Origin: Vulcanimicrobiota bacterium
GTDB lineage: Bacteria > Vulcanimicrobiota > Xenobia > Xenobiales > JADMJV01
Reading direction: 5' to 3'
Length of the DNA stretch: 64,000 nucleotides
NCBI GenBank assembly: GCA_050250895.1
Contig: JBFWNU010000012.1
Coordinates: 1 to 64,000 of the forward strand
The position numbers and the translations under genes are program-made. Positions 35,394 through 44,735 of this stretch are shown piece after piece. Each line of letters starts with the position of its first letter. Position 1 is the first letter of the stretch. The notes under the pieces were generated by a model. That model had not been told where the DNA came from and ran no database searches. It saw only the letters and a list, made by a program, of their open reading frames with translations.

Positions 35394-36476
35394 ATGGCCT
35401 TGCCCATCTCGCTACCCATCGAGCGAGTCCACCTCGAGGTGACCAATCAGTGCAACTTCGACTGCGCCTTCTGCCCCGACCACAAGATGCAGCGCCCTCG
35501 GGGCCGCATGACCACCGAGCAGGCGCGTCAACTGCTCGAAGAGATGGCCAGCCACGGCCTGGCCCGGGAGGTCCGCCTCCATTTGATGGGCGAGCCGTTC
35601 CTCCATCCCCATTTGTTCGAGATTATCGAAGCCGGCGCCGAACTCGGCCTGCACCTGAGCCTGACCACCAACGCAAGTTTGCTGGCTCCCCGAACCATTC
35701 AGGGTTTGCTGGCCAGTCGCCTGGGCGAATTGGTGGTCAGCCTGCAGACCCCCAGCCGACAAAGCTTCGCCATACGCTATCCACCCCCGAAGCTCACCTA
35801 CGAGGTCTTTCGCAAGAAGGTGCTGGCTTTGCTCGAGGCGGCCCTGGCGGCCAAAATGCCCTTTCCCATCAACCTCAATTTCCTCAACACCACCCGTCGG
35901 GGGCTGATAGGACCGCTTCGCGAGCCGATCGACTCGCTCTCGGGCGACCAGCCGACTCGCGAGGCTCTGGGTCTGTGGGCCCGTGAGGTTTACGCCCTGA
36001 CCGGCGACACCGGCGACTTGCCCAAGGTGCTCACGCACCTCGACCGGATATCGGTGGCCCGCTGGGAGACTCTGGAGGTCTATCCTCGCATCTTTTTCGA
36101 GGTCCGACCGCTGTTTGACTGGGGCAATGCCTGGACCCCGCCGGGTGAGTTGCGGCCGGCTCGCTACGGGACCTGCAACGCCGTTTACGGTCAACTGGGC
36201 ATCCTCTACAACGGGGACGTCGTTCTTTGTTGTGCTGACTATGACGGCAGTACCACCGTCGGCAACGCCCTCGAGGAAGGCCTGGTGGAGGTGCTCAAGA
36301 AGCCCGAGGTGGCAAGCATCGTCGAGGGCTTTCGCCGCAACCGGGTGGTCCATCCGCGCTGTCAGCAATGCCTGGGCGGAGCCACCCGAACCGCCGCCCT
36401 GGCCCGCCAGTTGGGATCAATTTTGTTCTTCAAAGGTCCCGGTCGCCACTTTCAGCGAACCACCCGTCTGTACTAG
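35394..36476 (+). CDS. Radical SAM/SPASM-twitch domain protein
   Basis: CNFDCAFC; GEPFLHP; C...NGDVVLCCAD...CQQC. Confidence 0.9.
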   Translation: MALPISLPIERVHLEVTNQCNFDCAFCPDHKMQRPRGRMTTEQARQLLEEMASHGLAREVRLHLMGEPFLHPHLFEIIEAGAELGLHLSLTTNASLLAPRTIQGLLASRLGELVVSLQTPSRQSFAIRYPPPKLTYEVFRKKVLALLEAALAAKMPFPINLNFLNTTRRGLIGPLREPIDSLSGDQPTREALGLWAREVYALTGDTGDLPKVLTHLDRISVARWETLEVYPRIFFEVRPLFDWGNAWTPPGELRPARYGTCNAVYGQLGILYNGDVVLCCADYDGSTTVGNALEEGLVEVLKKPEVASIVEGFRRNRVVHPRCQQCLGGATRTAALARQLGSILFFKGPGRHFQRTTRLY

Positions 36477-36478
36477 TC

Positions 36479-37222
36479 ATGAAGCACTTCCTCAAAAACA
36501 TCGTCACCCATGTCAAGCGCCTGGTGAGAAAGCGCGGCAAGAATCTGGACCAGAAACGCCAGATGACGCGGCTGGTGTGTCGCATCCCGGTGGTGTGCGA
36601 GGTGGAGGGTAAGACCTTTCAGGCTTTCGCCATCGATCTGGGGGTGCGTGGGCTGCGCCTGGAAGTGCCCACCAAGGTCGCCCCCGGGGCTGTCCTGGGG
36701 GTAGCCTATCGCCCCGACTCAGGACCTCCGCCACCCAAACTGGTGGCCAAGGTTCGCTGGTGCCGGCGGCGGGCCAATTCGAGCGTCATCGAATCTGGGC
36801 TCGAGTATCTCGAGACCGACGAAGTGCTCACCGGCTCCTGGGTCAAGATGCTGCTCGACGAGGTGGGTTTTCGCGAAGAGGCGGTGTTTGACCGGCGGCG
36901 GAGCTATCGCACCCACGGCAGCCTGCGGGGCCGTATCCTCACCCACGGGGGCGGCAACTACTTTGGGAATGTGGCCAATCTGGGCGTAGGCGGCGCTCTG
37001 TTCGAGGTCTCCAAAGCCCTCTCGCCCGGGGCTCCGGTCGAGGTCGAGGTAGGTCCCGCTCAGGGGATGGAGTTGCTTAAACTGCAGGGTCGGGTTCGCC
37101 ACGCCCGCCGCTCGGATCGCGATGGCCGCTGGCTCAACGGAGTGGCCTTCACCGAACTCGATGCCCGGTCGACCGAACTGTTGGGCAAGTATATCTTTCT
37201 GTTGTTGCGAGAAGCCGAGTAG
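36479..37222 (+). CDS. Tandem PilZ-domain protein
   Basis: RQMTR...DLGVRG and RRSYR...NLGVGG (RxxxR and D/NxxxxG twice). Confidence 0.85.
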   Translation: MKHFLKNIVTHVKRLVRKRGKNLDQKRQMTRLVCRIPVVCEVEGKTFQAFAIDLGVRGLRLEVPTKVAPGAVLGVAYRPDSGPPPPKLVAKVRWCRRRANSSVIESGLEYLETDEVLTGSWVKMLLDEVGFREEAVFDRRRSYRTHGSLRGRILTHGGGNYFGNVANLGVGGALFEVSKALSPGAPVEVEVGPAQGMELLKLQGRVRHARRSDRDGRWLNGVAFTELDARSTELLGKYIFLLLREAE

Positions 37223-37225
37223 CCA

Positions 37226-38302
37226 GTGCTGGCCTACTACATCACCGCCCACGGCTACGGTCACGGGGCCCGCTCTTGCGATATCCTCGAACGCCTCTGG
37301 CAGACTCGGCCGGAGCTTGATTTGACGGTCGTGACCGACCTGCCCGACTGGTTTCTGGCCAACCGCCTGTCGCGGCGGCCCCTGTCGTTGCGGCGGGCTC
37401 GCTTCGACGTGGGGATGGTGCAGAAGGATTCGGTCGAGGTCGATCTGGCCGAAACCCTGGCCCGGTTGGAAGAGGTTTTCCGTCAACGACCGCAACTGGT
37501 AGCCCGCGAGGCCGAGTGGCTAAGGGCCAACCAGGCCCGGGCGGTGGCGGTCGACATCCCCTCTATGCCGTTGGAGGCGGCCGCCAGGGCGGGCATTCCC
37601 GGCGTGGCCGTAGGCAACTTCTCGTGGGACTGGATCTACGCCGAGTTGGGCTCATCCGAGTTTGAGCCGGTGATTGACGCCTTGCGCCAGGGCTACTCCC
37701 AGGCAGAAAAGTTGTTGCGCCTGCCTTTTAGCTGCCCCACCGAGGCCTTCTCGCGGACCGTCGAGGTGCCTTTGGTGGCCACCCCTGGCCAGAATGTGCG
37801 CTCGGCCCTGGCCGCTGCCACCGGGGCTGATCCCGACCGGCCCTGGCTGCTGTTTTCCTTCACCACGCTCAATCTCGAGCCTGGAGCTATCGAGCGCCTT
37901 AGCCGTCTTGACGGCTACCAATTGCTGACGGTTCGCCCCCTGGAGTGGGCGGGCCCGAATTTCTTCTCGGTCGACCCGGCCGCTTTCCGGTTCACCGATC
38001 TGATGGCCAGCGTCGAGGCGGTGGTTACCAAGCCGGGCTTCGGCATCCTCTCCGAGGCGGTGGTCAACGACACGCCCCTGATCTATGTCGAGCGCCACGA
38101 TTTTGCCGAATACCCGGTGCTCGAGGCGGCGATCCGTGAAGCCTTGCGAGGGATCCATCTGCCCGCTCGCGACCTCTACGCCGGCCGGCTCGAATCGGCC
38201 CTCGAGCAGCTCGCGGCTGGTCTGCCGGGCCCCCGGGTGGCGGTGCCCTTTGACGGTGGGGCCGAGGTGGTCCGACAACTCGTGGAACTACTTGGCGGCT
38301 GA
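37226..38302 (+). CDS. GT-B glycosyltransferase-like protein (resembles the N-terminal domain of L-arabinokinase)
   Basis: YYITAHGYGHGARS; NFSWDWIY; DLMAS...TKPGFGILSEA...FAEYP. Confidence 0.8.
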   Translation: MLAYYITAHGYGHGARSCDILERLWQTRPELDLTVVTDLPDWFLANRLSRRPLSLRRARFDVGMVQKDSVEVDLAETLARLEEVFRQRPQLVAREAEWLRANQARAVAVDIPSMPLEAAARAGIPGVAVGNFSWDWIYAELGSSEFEPVIDALRQGYSQAEKLLRLPFSCPTEAFSRTVEVPLVATPGQNVRSALAAATGADPDRPWLLFSFTTLNLEPGAIERLSRLDGYQLLTVRPLEWAGPNFFSVDPAAFRFTDLMASVEAVVTKPGFGILSEAVVNDTPLIYVERHDFAEYPVLEAAIREALRGIHLPARDLYAGRLESALEQLAAGLPGPRVAVPFDGGAEVVRQLVELLGG

Positions 38303-38452
38303 GGGAAGCCGGCTTCGACGTGCGCCCACGCTTGACCGCGGACCCCGCGACCCGCGGTTGATTTTCTCTCGCCGCAGGTACTTCGACAGCGCGCCCCGAC
38401 GTTAACGAGTCGGTAACCTCGCCAGATCCCCCTCAGGTTAGCCTGGACGGGC

Positions 38453-40138
38453 ATGCTCATCCGGTCTCTTCATAGGCCCGCCCCGGCGGTTCCCAAGGCT
38501 CCCGCCAAGCCCCAGCCCAGTTATGGTCGCGAGGACCGCATCAGCTACTTCGTGCAGCAATTGGGGGCCGAGGCGGTGACTCAGGTGCGCCACCTTTCCG
38601 CCGCCTACGCCGGCCAGATGATCGCCACCACCGCCGGAGTGCTGGCCCTGGCCCCCCTGGCCGAATCGCTGGGCCAGATTCACGTCTTGACCATCGGGGG
38701 TACGCTGGCCGCGGGGATAGGAGCCGTGGCCGGCTACTACCTCGAACGTTCGCGAGGCCTCAAGCCGGTGACTCCAGGGCTCGATGGGGTCGGTCAGGCG
38801 GCCGCCACCCTGCGTAGCCTGCCAGACTTTGTCTACCCGACCATCGTCAACGCCACTGCGGCCGAAACCGAGCTGATTAACTCCACTCTCGACACCCTGC
38901 CGATGGGGGACGTGACTTCGGTCTCGACCATGACGGTCATGCCCGATATGGGCCCCATGGGCATCTCGGGAGTGGCCCCGCCGGGGCTGAGCCAGAACCT
39001 GGTCTACTTCGACCGCAAGCACCTCGGCTACAGCTGGTTCAATCGCGAGTTGGTGACCCACGAACTGGCTCACGGCAAGGACCTCTCGGCCGGCTACGGT
39101 CCGATCGGTACTCACAGTATCCGGGGGGGCGGTTTCGGGCGGGCTCCCTTCGTGTCCCACTACGCCGGCACCAACTTCCTGGAAGATTACGCCGAGTCGT
39201 ATGTCGAGTTTCATCAGCATCCCGACCGCTTGCGTGAGCTGGCTCCTCGAAAATACGCCGCTCTCGAGGCGGCGGACCCCAAAGGAGTCGAAGAGTGGCT
39301 CACCGATCGTCCCCAGGTTCGCGACCTGGGCAAGCAGGTGGCCGAGACGATCGGGCAGGTTCCTTACGCTCGCAACGCCCTGGAGTTGGCCGGAGCTTTG
39401 ATCGCGCCCTGGCAGATGCACCGCGGAGCCACCCAGATCGAGTCGGGCCAGCGACTGGCCGGCAAGCTCAACCTGGCTTCGGGCTTCTTTCTGGCGTCGG
39501 GAGCGTCGGCTCCCCTGGTGCTGGGCGTGTCGGCCATCGGCCTGGCCCAGAACGAGCGCCTGGCCGACATCACCCTGGCGGGCTCGTTGGGGCCGCTGGG
39601 CATGATGGGTCTGGCCGTCACCGATCAGTTGACCTCGGAGGGGGTCGATCTCAGCCAACAGTTTCAGGGGGTCAAGCTTGACGGCGAGCGCAACCTGGGT
39701 GCACTCTGGCTAGCCCTCACCGCCTCGGGAGTCGGCGGTGTGGTGGGGGCGGTGGCCGGCGCTCATTTTGGCGGTGTGGCCGGCGCTCTCTCGGGCTCCG
39801 CCCTGGGTTCTCTCACCGGTGGAGCCCTGGGAATGGGCGCCTATGTGGTGGACAAGGTCCGCCACGGAGCCCCGGCTACCGGCCCCCTGGCCTTGACCCG
39901 AGAGGACAAGTGGCATTTGGCCAAATTGGCCGGCGGTGGCCTGGTCGGCGGAGTGGCTGGGGGTCTGGCCGGGCATTGGGTTGGTCAGGCGGTGGGCTCG
40001 GCGCTGGGTTCGCTGGCCGGTCCATTGGGGGCCGAGGTGGGCGGTTCGGTCGGCGGCTGGGCCGGCACCCTGGCCGCCGCGTATGGTGGAGCCCGCCTGG
40101 GCTCGAAAATCAGCTCAGCAATTGGTCCAGCAGAATAG
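38453..40138 (+). CDS. Zincin-like metallopeptidase domain plus C-terminal glycine-zipper hydrophobic region
   Basis: THELAH, then SHYAGTNFLEDYAES...P..L...AP.KY; GxxxG-rich helices at the C-terminus. Confidence 0.75.
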   Translation: MLIRSLHRPAPAVPKAPAKPQPSYGREDRISYFVQQLGAEAVTQVRHLSAAYAGQMIATTAGVLALAPLAESLGQIHVLTIGGTLAAGIGAVAGYYLERSRGLKPVTPGLDGVGQAAATLRSLPDFVYPTIVNATAAETELINSTLDTLPMGDVTSVSTMTVMPDMGPMGISGVAPPGLSQNLVYFDRKHLGYSWFNRELVTHELAHGKDLSAGYGPIGTHSIRGGGFGRAPFVSHYAGTNFLEDYAESYVEFHQHPDRLRELAPRKYAALEAADPKGVEEWLTDRPQVRDLGKQVAETIGQVPYARNALELAGALIAPWQMHRGATQIESGQRLAGKLNLASGFFLASGASAPLVLGVSAIGLAQNERLADITLAGSLGPLGMMGLAVTDQLTSEGVDLSQQFQGVKLDGERNLGALWLALTASGVGGVVGAVAGAHFGGVAGALSGSALGSLTGGALGMGAYVVDKVRHGAPATGPLALTREDKWHLAKLAGGGLVGGVAGGLAGHWVGQAVGSALGSLAGPLGAEVGGSVGGWAGTLAAAYGGARLGSKISSAIGPAE

Positions 40139-40751
40139 CCAGCTCGGAACTCTGCTCTTGGCTCAGTTCGGTGAACTCGACCCCGTAGAGAAACGAGTTG
40201 CGCCGGTTCCACGAGCGAAGCACCCGCCCCTCGAGCTTCTCCAGTCGTCGAGGCGAACTCAAGCTCAAGCGCACGTCGGCGTTCATGGCCAGGCGCGAGC
40301 GGCACGAGATCAGGGCCCCCCCGATTCCGATGTTGAGAATCGAACCTCGCTCGGCATCGTTGCCACGTTCTATGATTCCACTGAGCTGGCACGGCACGCG
40401 AATGGTCTGGCGTCGCTCGAGCACCTCGCCGTTGGTGATATCGACTCCGGCGAGAACCGAAGCGGCCCAACTGTTCCAGAACGTCGACAGCCGGTGAGGA
40501 TAGGATAGACCCAGACGATAGCGGGCTCCCAGCTCCTGGGTCCACTCGACCCGGTATTCGACTGGCTCGAAGTCGCCCTCGACTTCGGGCACCAGGGTCA
40601 CCAGGCCGGCCCGGTTCACTGGCTGACGGCACATCACACTGGCCCCGCCGAGCCCCAACTCGTGAAGCATCCCGGTCTGCGGCTGACCCTCATGCTCGAG
40701 GGTCACGGCCAGATTGCAGATGACGCGAGCGAACAGCCGGCGGTTCTTCAT
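40110..40751 (-). CDS. Tandem PilZ-domain protein
   Basis: RRLFAR...ELGLGG and RRQTIR...NIGIGG; ATGA overlap with the upstream gene. Confidence 0.82.
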   Translation of the reverse strand: MKNRRLFARVICNLAVTLEHEGQPQTGMLHELGLGGASVMCRQPVNRAGLVTLVPEVEGDFEPVEYRVEWTQELGARYRLGLSYPHRLSTFWNSWAASVLAGVDITNGEVLERRQTIRVPCQLSGIIERGNDAERGSILNIGIGGALISCRSRLAMNADVRLSLSSPRRLEKLEGRVLRSWNRRNSFLYGVEFTELSQEQSSELAILLDQLLS

Positions 40752-41212
40752 TCGGCTTGCTTCGGACTGGCCGCCGGGCCTTCCCCCAGAGTGGGCAGCC
40801 CCGCCTCTTGCCAGGCCCCAAAGCCGGCCTCCATCACCACCGTTTGTTCGAGACCCAGGCGACGCAACAACAAGCCCAGCTGGCGGGCCTGGCCGCAATC
40901 GGGTCCCGAGCAATAGATCACCACCCGAGAGGCTAATTGCAAGCGGGCTAGCGTCTCGGGAGAGGGCTCGGCCGGCAGCGAGATGGCTCCCCGCACATGG
41001 CCCTGGCGAAACTCGGCGCTCGAGCGGGCGTCGACGAAGACGGCTCCCTCAGCGTAGAGCGCCCCGGCCTGCTCGAGCGTCACGCTGCCCACCTCGCTTT
41101 GATAGGCGGCAAACAGCGGATGGCTGGTGTCGAAATGGCGACCCCACAAACCCAGGGTGACGGCCATCGTGAAGATAGCCACGGCTCCGATGAGCATGTC
41201 CGAGCGACTCAT
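40748..41212 (-). CDS. Membrane-anchored rhodanese-like protein
   Basis: FVDARS..EF..GHVRGAISL; YCSGPDC; AGF.AW..AGLP. Confidence 0.88.
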   Translation of the reverse strand: MSRSDMLIGAVAIFTMAVTLGLWGRHFDTSHPLFAAYQSEVGSVTLEQAGALYAEGAVFVDARSSAEFRQGHVRGAISLPAEPSPETLARLQLASRVVIYCSGPDCGQARQLGLLLRRLGLEQTVVMEAGFGAWQEAGLPTLGEGPAASPKQAE

Positions 41213-41928
41213 CGCAAGACCCGTCCGACCACCGGCACATACAACCAGGGCAATTCGAGGCAGGTGGTCTTGATCGAGAGATTGCCGGTGATGCTTTGCT
41301 CTCCCTCGGGAGCGGCGAAAACCTCGATAGTATAGCCATCGGCACCCTTCTCCAGCGGGCCCAGGCGAAGCCCGGGAGCGTTGCTGCTGACCTCGATCGG
41401 CAGACAGCGCTGGGGCTGGTTGGGCAGGATGGTGAGGGTCACGCTGGTGGGAAAGCCAGGGCGAACGTCGTCAAAAGTGACCACCTCGGGGTCGACGGCC
41501 AGGAGCGGGTCTACCACGGTGGTCAGATCCAGGCGGGCCGGGTCGGAAGCCAGACTGTGAAAGACCAGAATGGTTTTGGTGATCCGTCCTTGCATCAAGG
41601 CCGTGTCGAGGCTCACGGTCAGTCGGGTCGTCTCGCCCGGCTCGAGATGAGTTTTTGCCAGACTGGCCTGGGTGCAGCCGCAGCCCGCCTCGACCTCGCC
41701 AATGTCGAGGGACCGAGAGGCCAGGTTTTTGACCTCTACAATGGCTGACTCGAGGCTTTTCTGATAGGTGCGGCCGAAGTCGACCTGGGCGGGCGAGAAA
41801 GAAAGATAGGGGTCGGGCGGGCGCGAGACGGCGGTGGTCGGACCTGGTTCGCTATACCAAAGGCTGAAGTTGAGCAGCCAGCCGATGGCGATGGCCCACA
41901 GCAGGCCTCGGCGCAGGCCGGGTCTCAC
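41209..41928 (-). CDS. DUF1573 domain protein
   Basis: N-terminal TM; EAGCGCT...LEPGE...G...KTI; GTGA overlap start at 41928. Confidence 0.82.
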   Translation of the reverse strand: MRPGLRRGLLWAIAIGWLLNFSLWYSEPGPTTAVSRPPDPYLSFSPAQVDFGRTYQKSLESAIVEVKNLASRSLDIGEVEAGCGCTQASLAKTHLEPGETTRLTVSLDTALMQGRITKTILVFHSLASDPARLDLTTVVDPLLAVDPEVVTFDDVRPGFPTSVTLTILPNQPQRCLPIEVSSNAPGLRLGPLEKGADGYTIEVFAAPEGEQSITGNLSIKTTCLELPWLYVPVVGRVLR

Positions 41929-42119
41929 TCTTCCTCTTCGAAGACCTCGTGGTGGTGGCGCTTTTTGAGCTTGCGGCTGAGCACAACACACACCGTGCCG
42001 GGGTCGTTGCCGTTGAGGAAATGGATCGCTTTATAGCCCGAACCGGCCAACTGGTTGAGAACCGCCTCGAGCTCGTCGAAATTGGTCATGACGGTCTTGT
42101 ATTCCAGAACCTTGCTCAT
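41925..42119 (-). CDS. Small DUF4177-like protein, 64 aa
   Basis: EYKTV...LE..LN.LAGSGY pattern; overlaps both neighbours by 4 nt. Confidence 0.65.
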   Translation of the reverse strand: MSKVLEYKTVMTNFDELEAVLNQLAGSGYKAIHFLNGNDPGTVCVVLSRKLKKRHHHEVFEEEE

Positions 42120-42997
42120 TGGGTCCCCTTCTTAGTCGAGCCGGCCGGGTCCTGTGCGGCCAACATCTCGCGATGATTTTGCAGGGCCTTGATCTCGGCG
42201 TCGAGTTCGGCCACCGTCGGCTGACGAGCCACCCAGATGAGTTCCTGACCCATCTCGCGGTAAGGCTCGCGCTTGAAGCTGCCGTAAAGGTGCTCGACCC
42301 GCAGGCCGGCCCGCTCGAGCAAGTGGTGCATCTCCCAGCGAAAGAACCAGCGCTGGGTAAGAAAGACGTAGCGTTTCTCGGTCACTCGACCCTGCTCGTC
42401 GAGAGTCTCGTAGATCCGTTCTTCATACAGGCATTGCGGGATGGGATCAAAGGTCGAAGTAGCCGACAGCAGCACGCTGCGCCCGGTCTCGGCTTCGAGA
42501 AAGTCACCGTGCTTTTGGCGATAGACTACCGGGTCCAGGTCTGGACCCTTGCGCAGCGAAGTCAGGTCGATATCGTAGTGATTGAGGATGAGGCGACCCC
42601 CCGGACGCAAGTGGCGCTTGATGCAGGCCAGGGTCTCGAGCTGAGCGCGCACGGTCATCACGTGCATGAACTCGCGAAAGGGCAGATAGATCAAGGCGAA
42701 CTTCTGGTTGAGCTCAAAGCTGGCCATCGAGCCTTCAAGCAGGGTGATTCGGGCCTGGGTCTCGGCGGGCAGGTGGGTCAGCTTCTTGCGAGCCTGTTCG
42801 AGCATCAGCGGACAGTTGTCCAGGCCCCAGATGGTGGCGCCGGCGGCCGCCACCTCGAACATCACCCGGCCGGTCCCGCAGCCAAGCTCGAGCACCGGTC
42901 CGTCGGCTCGCTTGGCCTCGTCGACGAAGAAGCGCACGTCATCATGATAGTCGGCGTGCTCGGCGTCGTAGAAGTCGGAGTAGTTGGCGTAATCCAC
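42116..42997 (-). CDS. Class I SAM-dependent methyltransferase
   Basis: VLELGCGTGRV; GLD..P.ML; HLRPGGRL. Confidence 0.9.
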   Translation of the reverse strand: MDYANYSDFYDAEHADYHDDVRFFVDEAKRADGPVLELGCGTGRVMFEVAAAGATIWGLDNCPLMLEQARKKLTHLPAETQARITLLEGSMASFELNQKFALIYLPFREFMHVMTVRAQLETLACIKRHLRPGGRLILNHYDIDLTSLRKGPDLDPVVYRQKHGDFLEAETGRSVLLSATSTFDPIPQCLYEERIYETLDEQGRVTEKRYVFLTQRWFFRWEMHHLLERAGLRVEHLYGSFKREPYREMGQELIWVARQPTVAELDAEIKALQNHREMLAAQDPAGSTKKGTQ

Positions 42998-43040
42998 GCC
43001 CGGCCATTTAGCGGCCCGGCGGCCGAATCCTTTGAAACGG

Positions 43041-43071
43041 CACGGCGAGCCTCGCAACGAGGCTCGCCGTG
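43041..43071 (-). terminator. Perfect 14-bp hairpin just downstream of the PilP-like gene
   Basis: CACGGCGAGCCTCG-CAA-CGAGGCTCGCCGTG; only a weak U-tract. Confidence 0.55.
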
Positions 43072-43078
43072 GGGGAGT

Positions 43079-43504
43079 CTATCTCAGGCCGAAGTCGTCT
43101 TGCAGCAGCAGGCGGGTGCGCGCCTCACCTACACCTAGTTCCAGGTTGTCCCGACCGACCGAGCGGACCGTCCAGGCTCCCAACTTGTCGCCTTTTTGGA
43201 CCACTCGGGTAGCCCCGTCCACGGTCACCAGAGCCTGGTTGCCTCGCGAAGAGACGACGATGCCGGTGAGCGAGGCTTCGAGTTCAGGAGGAGTGTTGAG
43301 AGCGACTTCGGTTTGATTGTCGCGGGGGTTGTCGATAGCCTGATCGGCTTGCTCGGTCTGAGGTCGGGTAGGGGGGAGGGGCTTGACTGCCTGGGCGCGG
43401 GAGGGCGGGACGAAGGGGTCGCGCGAGGTGCGAGCGGGGGTCTCGGCCAGCAACGGGGCGGCCAGGGTGGCGATCAAAAGGGCGGTAGTCAGGGTTCTTT
43501 TCAT
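43079..43504 (-). CDS. Secreted PilP/GspC-like protein
   Basis: Signal peptide; RDPF motif; LTGIV...ALV...VQKGD.LG.W.V; GAGGAG RBS. Confidence 0.65.
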   Translation of the reverse strand: MKRTLTTALLIATLAAPLLAETPARTSRDPFVPPSRAQAVKPLPPTRPQTEQADQAIDNPRDNQTEVALNTPPELEASLTGIVVSSRGNQALVTVDGATRVVQKGDKLGAWTVRSVGRDNLELGVGEARTRLLLQDDFGLR

Positions 43505-43605
43505 ACGGACACACTCCTCAGGTAAGATACTCCCTCCGTCGAGGGCAGACCGGCGGTATTCCGTTGTTTGCCAGGTATATTGTTACTAGCGGTGAACGGC
43601 CGCGC

Positions 43606-44109
43606 ATGGAATGGGTCGACCTGATCGACAATGACAATCGCGTGGTAGGACAGGCCCCCAGGGCTATCGTGCGTAGGCATAATATGCTACACCGCGGGAT
43701 CGGCGTGCTGTGTCTGGATCCGGCTGGTCGAGTGTATGTCCACCAGCGCACGGCCACCAAGGACCTCTTTCCCAGCCACTTCGACATGTTCGTGGGAGGA
43801 GTGGTGGGAGCCGGGGAGGACTATCTCGAGGCTGCCCGGCGCGAGGTGGAAGAAGAACTCGGGGTGACCGAGGGAAAGCTCGAGCACCTCTTTGACCACC
43901 TCTATCTCGGACCCGAGAACCGCAGCTGGATCCGTCTCTATCAGGTGGTCTGGGCCGGACCGATCCGTTGCCAGCCCGAAGAGATCGTGTGGGGTGACTG
44001 GATGAGCCCGGGCGAGGTCGTGCGCTGGGCCGAGACGGTCCCCATCGTGGCCGATGGGCTCGAGCTGTTTCGGATTCATGGCGAGCGTTTTCCCCAATTT
44101 TGGGGCTAA
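43606..44109 (+). CDS. NUDIX hydrolase (YfcD/Idi-like)
   Basis: HQRT..KD.FP..FD..VGGVVGAGEDYLEAARREVEEELGV. Confidence 0.9.
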   Translation: MEWVDLIDNDNRVVGQAPRAIVRRHNMLHRGIGVLCLDPAGRVYVHQRTATKDLFPSHFDMFVGGVVGAGEDYLEAARREVEEELGVTEGKLEHLFDHLYLGPENRSWIRLYQVVWAGPIRCQPEEIVWGDWMSPGEVVRWAETVPIVADGLELFRIHGERFPQFWG

Positions 44110-44160
44110 GGTTCTCGGGACTGGCTCAACGACCCTCATGGATGAGCAAGGCGGGCCCCC

Positions 44161-44205
44161 AGAAAAAGAGCGGACCCCGGAAACTCTGTCCGGGGTTCCT
44201 CCGCT
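44161..44205 (-). terminator. Intrinsic terminator oriented for minus-strand transcription
   Basis: Minus strand reads AGCGGAGGAACCCCGGA-CAGAGTT-TCCGGGGTCCGCT-CTTTTTCT. Confidence 0.65.
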
Positions 44206-44302
44206 ATCTTCGCCGATTGGCTGGATCCGCGGTGTCGCGGATCGACTCCTCAGAAGCGTCTGAGGCGATTGAGGCTATGCAGTTTTGCGGCACTCTTGCC
44301 AA
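44204..44302 (-). CDS. Candidate 32-aa small ORF (MARVPQNCIASIASDASEESIRDTADPANRRR), or a structured small RNA
   Basis: TAAGGAAGGTGGTGCC directly before TTG; the stop codon abuts the terminator. Confidence 0.35.
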   Translation of the reverse strand: MARVPQNCIASIASDASEESIRDTADPANRRR

Positions 44303-44459
44303 GGCACCACCTTCCTTACCATGACCATGATAGTCCGACCAACGTTAGAACGTGATTGGCGCCGCGTTGGAGTTGCGCTAGCGTGGCTGGATGACCTCGA
44401 TCATTCCCCGGGGGGGTCTCGGATGTTAGGCTCTCCTCATCCGAGGAGGAGCAACTAGC

Positions 44460-44726
44460 ATGAAGATTCAGGAAGAACTTATCCGGTTAGAGAAATTGGC
44501 CCAACTACGCGATGAAATCCGGTTGCGGATTCATCTAGCCGGGGCCGAAATGCGCGACCATTGGCATCAACTCGAAGTGAAGTGGACCCTGCTCCAGACC
44601 CGCCTTAACCCGGTCAAACGGGCCGGAGCCGAATCGGTTCAGGGACTCGGCGAAGCGGGCAGGCTCTTGCTCGAGGAGTTGGTGGAAGGCTACGAGCGGA
44701 TACGTCAGGCCCTACGCGATTTGTGA
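44460..44726 (+). CDS. Conserved hypothetical helical protein, 88 aa
   Basis: GAGGAGG RBS; RDEIRL.IHLA..E.RD.W..LE.KW pattern. Confidence 0.75.
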   Translation: MKIQEELIRLEKLAQLRDEIRLRIHLAGAEMRDHWHQLEVKWTLLQTRLNPVKRAGAESVQGLGEAGRLLLEELVEGYERIRQALRDL

Positions 44727-44735
44727 GCCGATACC

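Noticed and set aside
44210-44330. Structured segment as a c-di-GMP riboswitch, tRNA or tmRNA
   Set aside because: I could not match the consensus elements of any of these; kept only as an unidentified small unit
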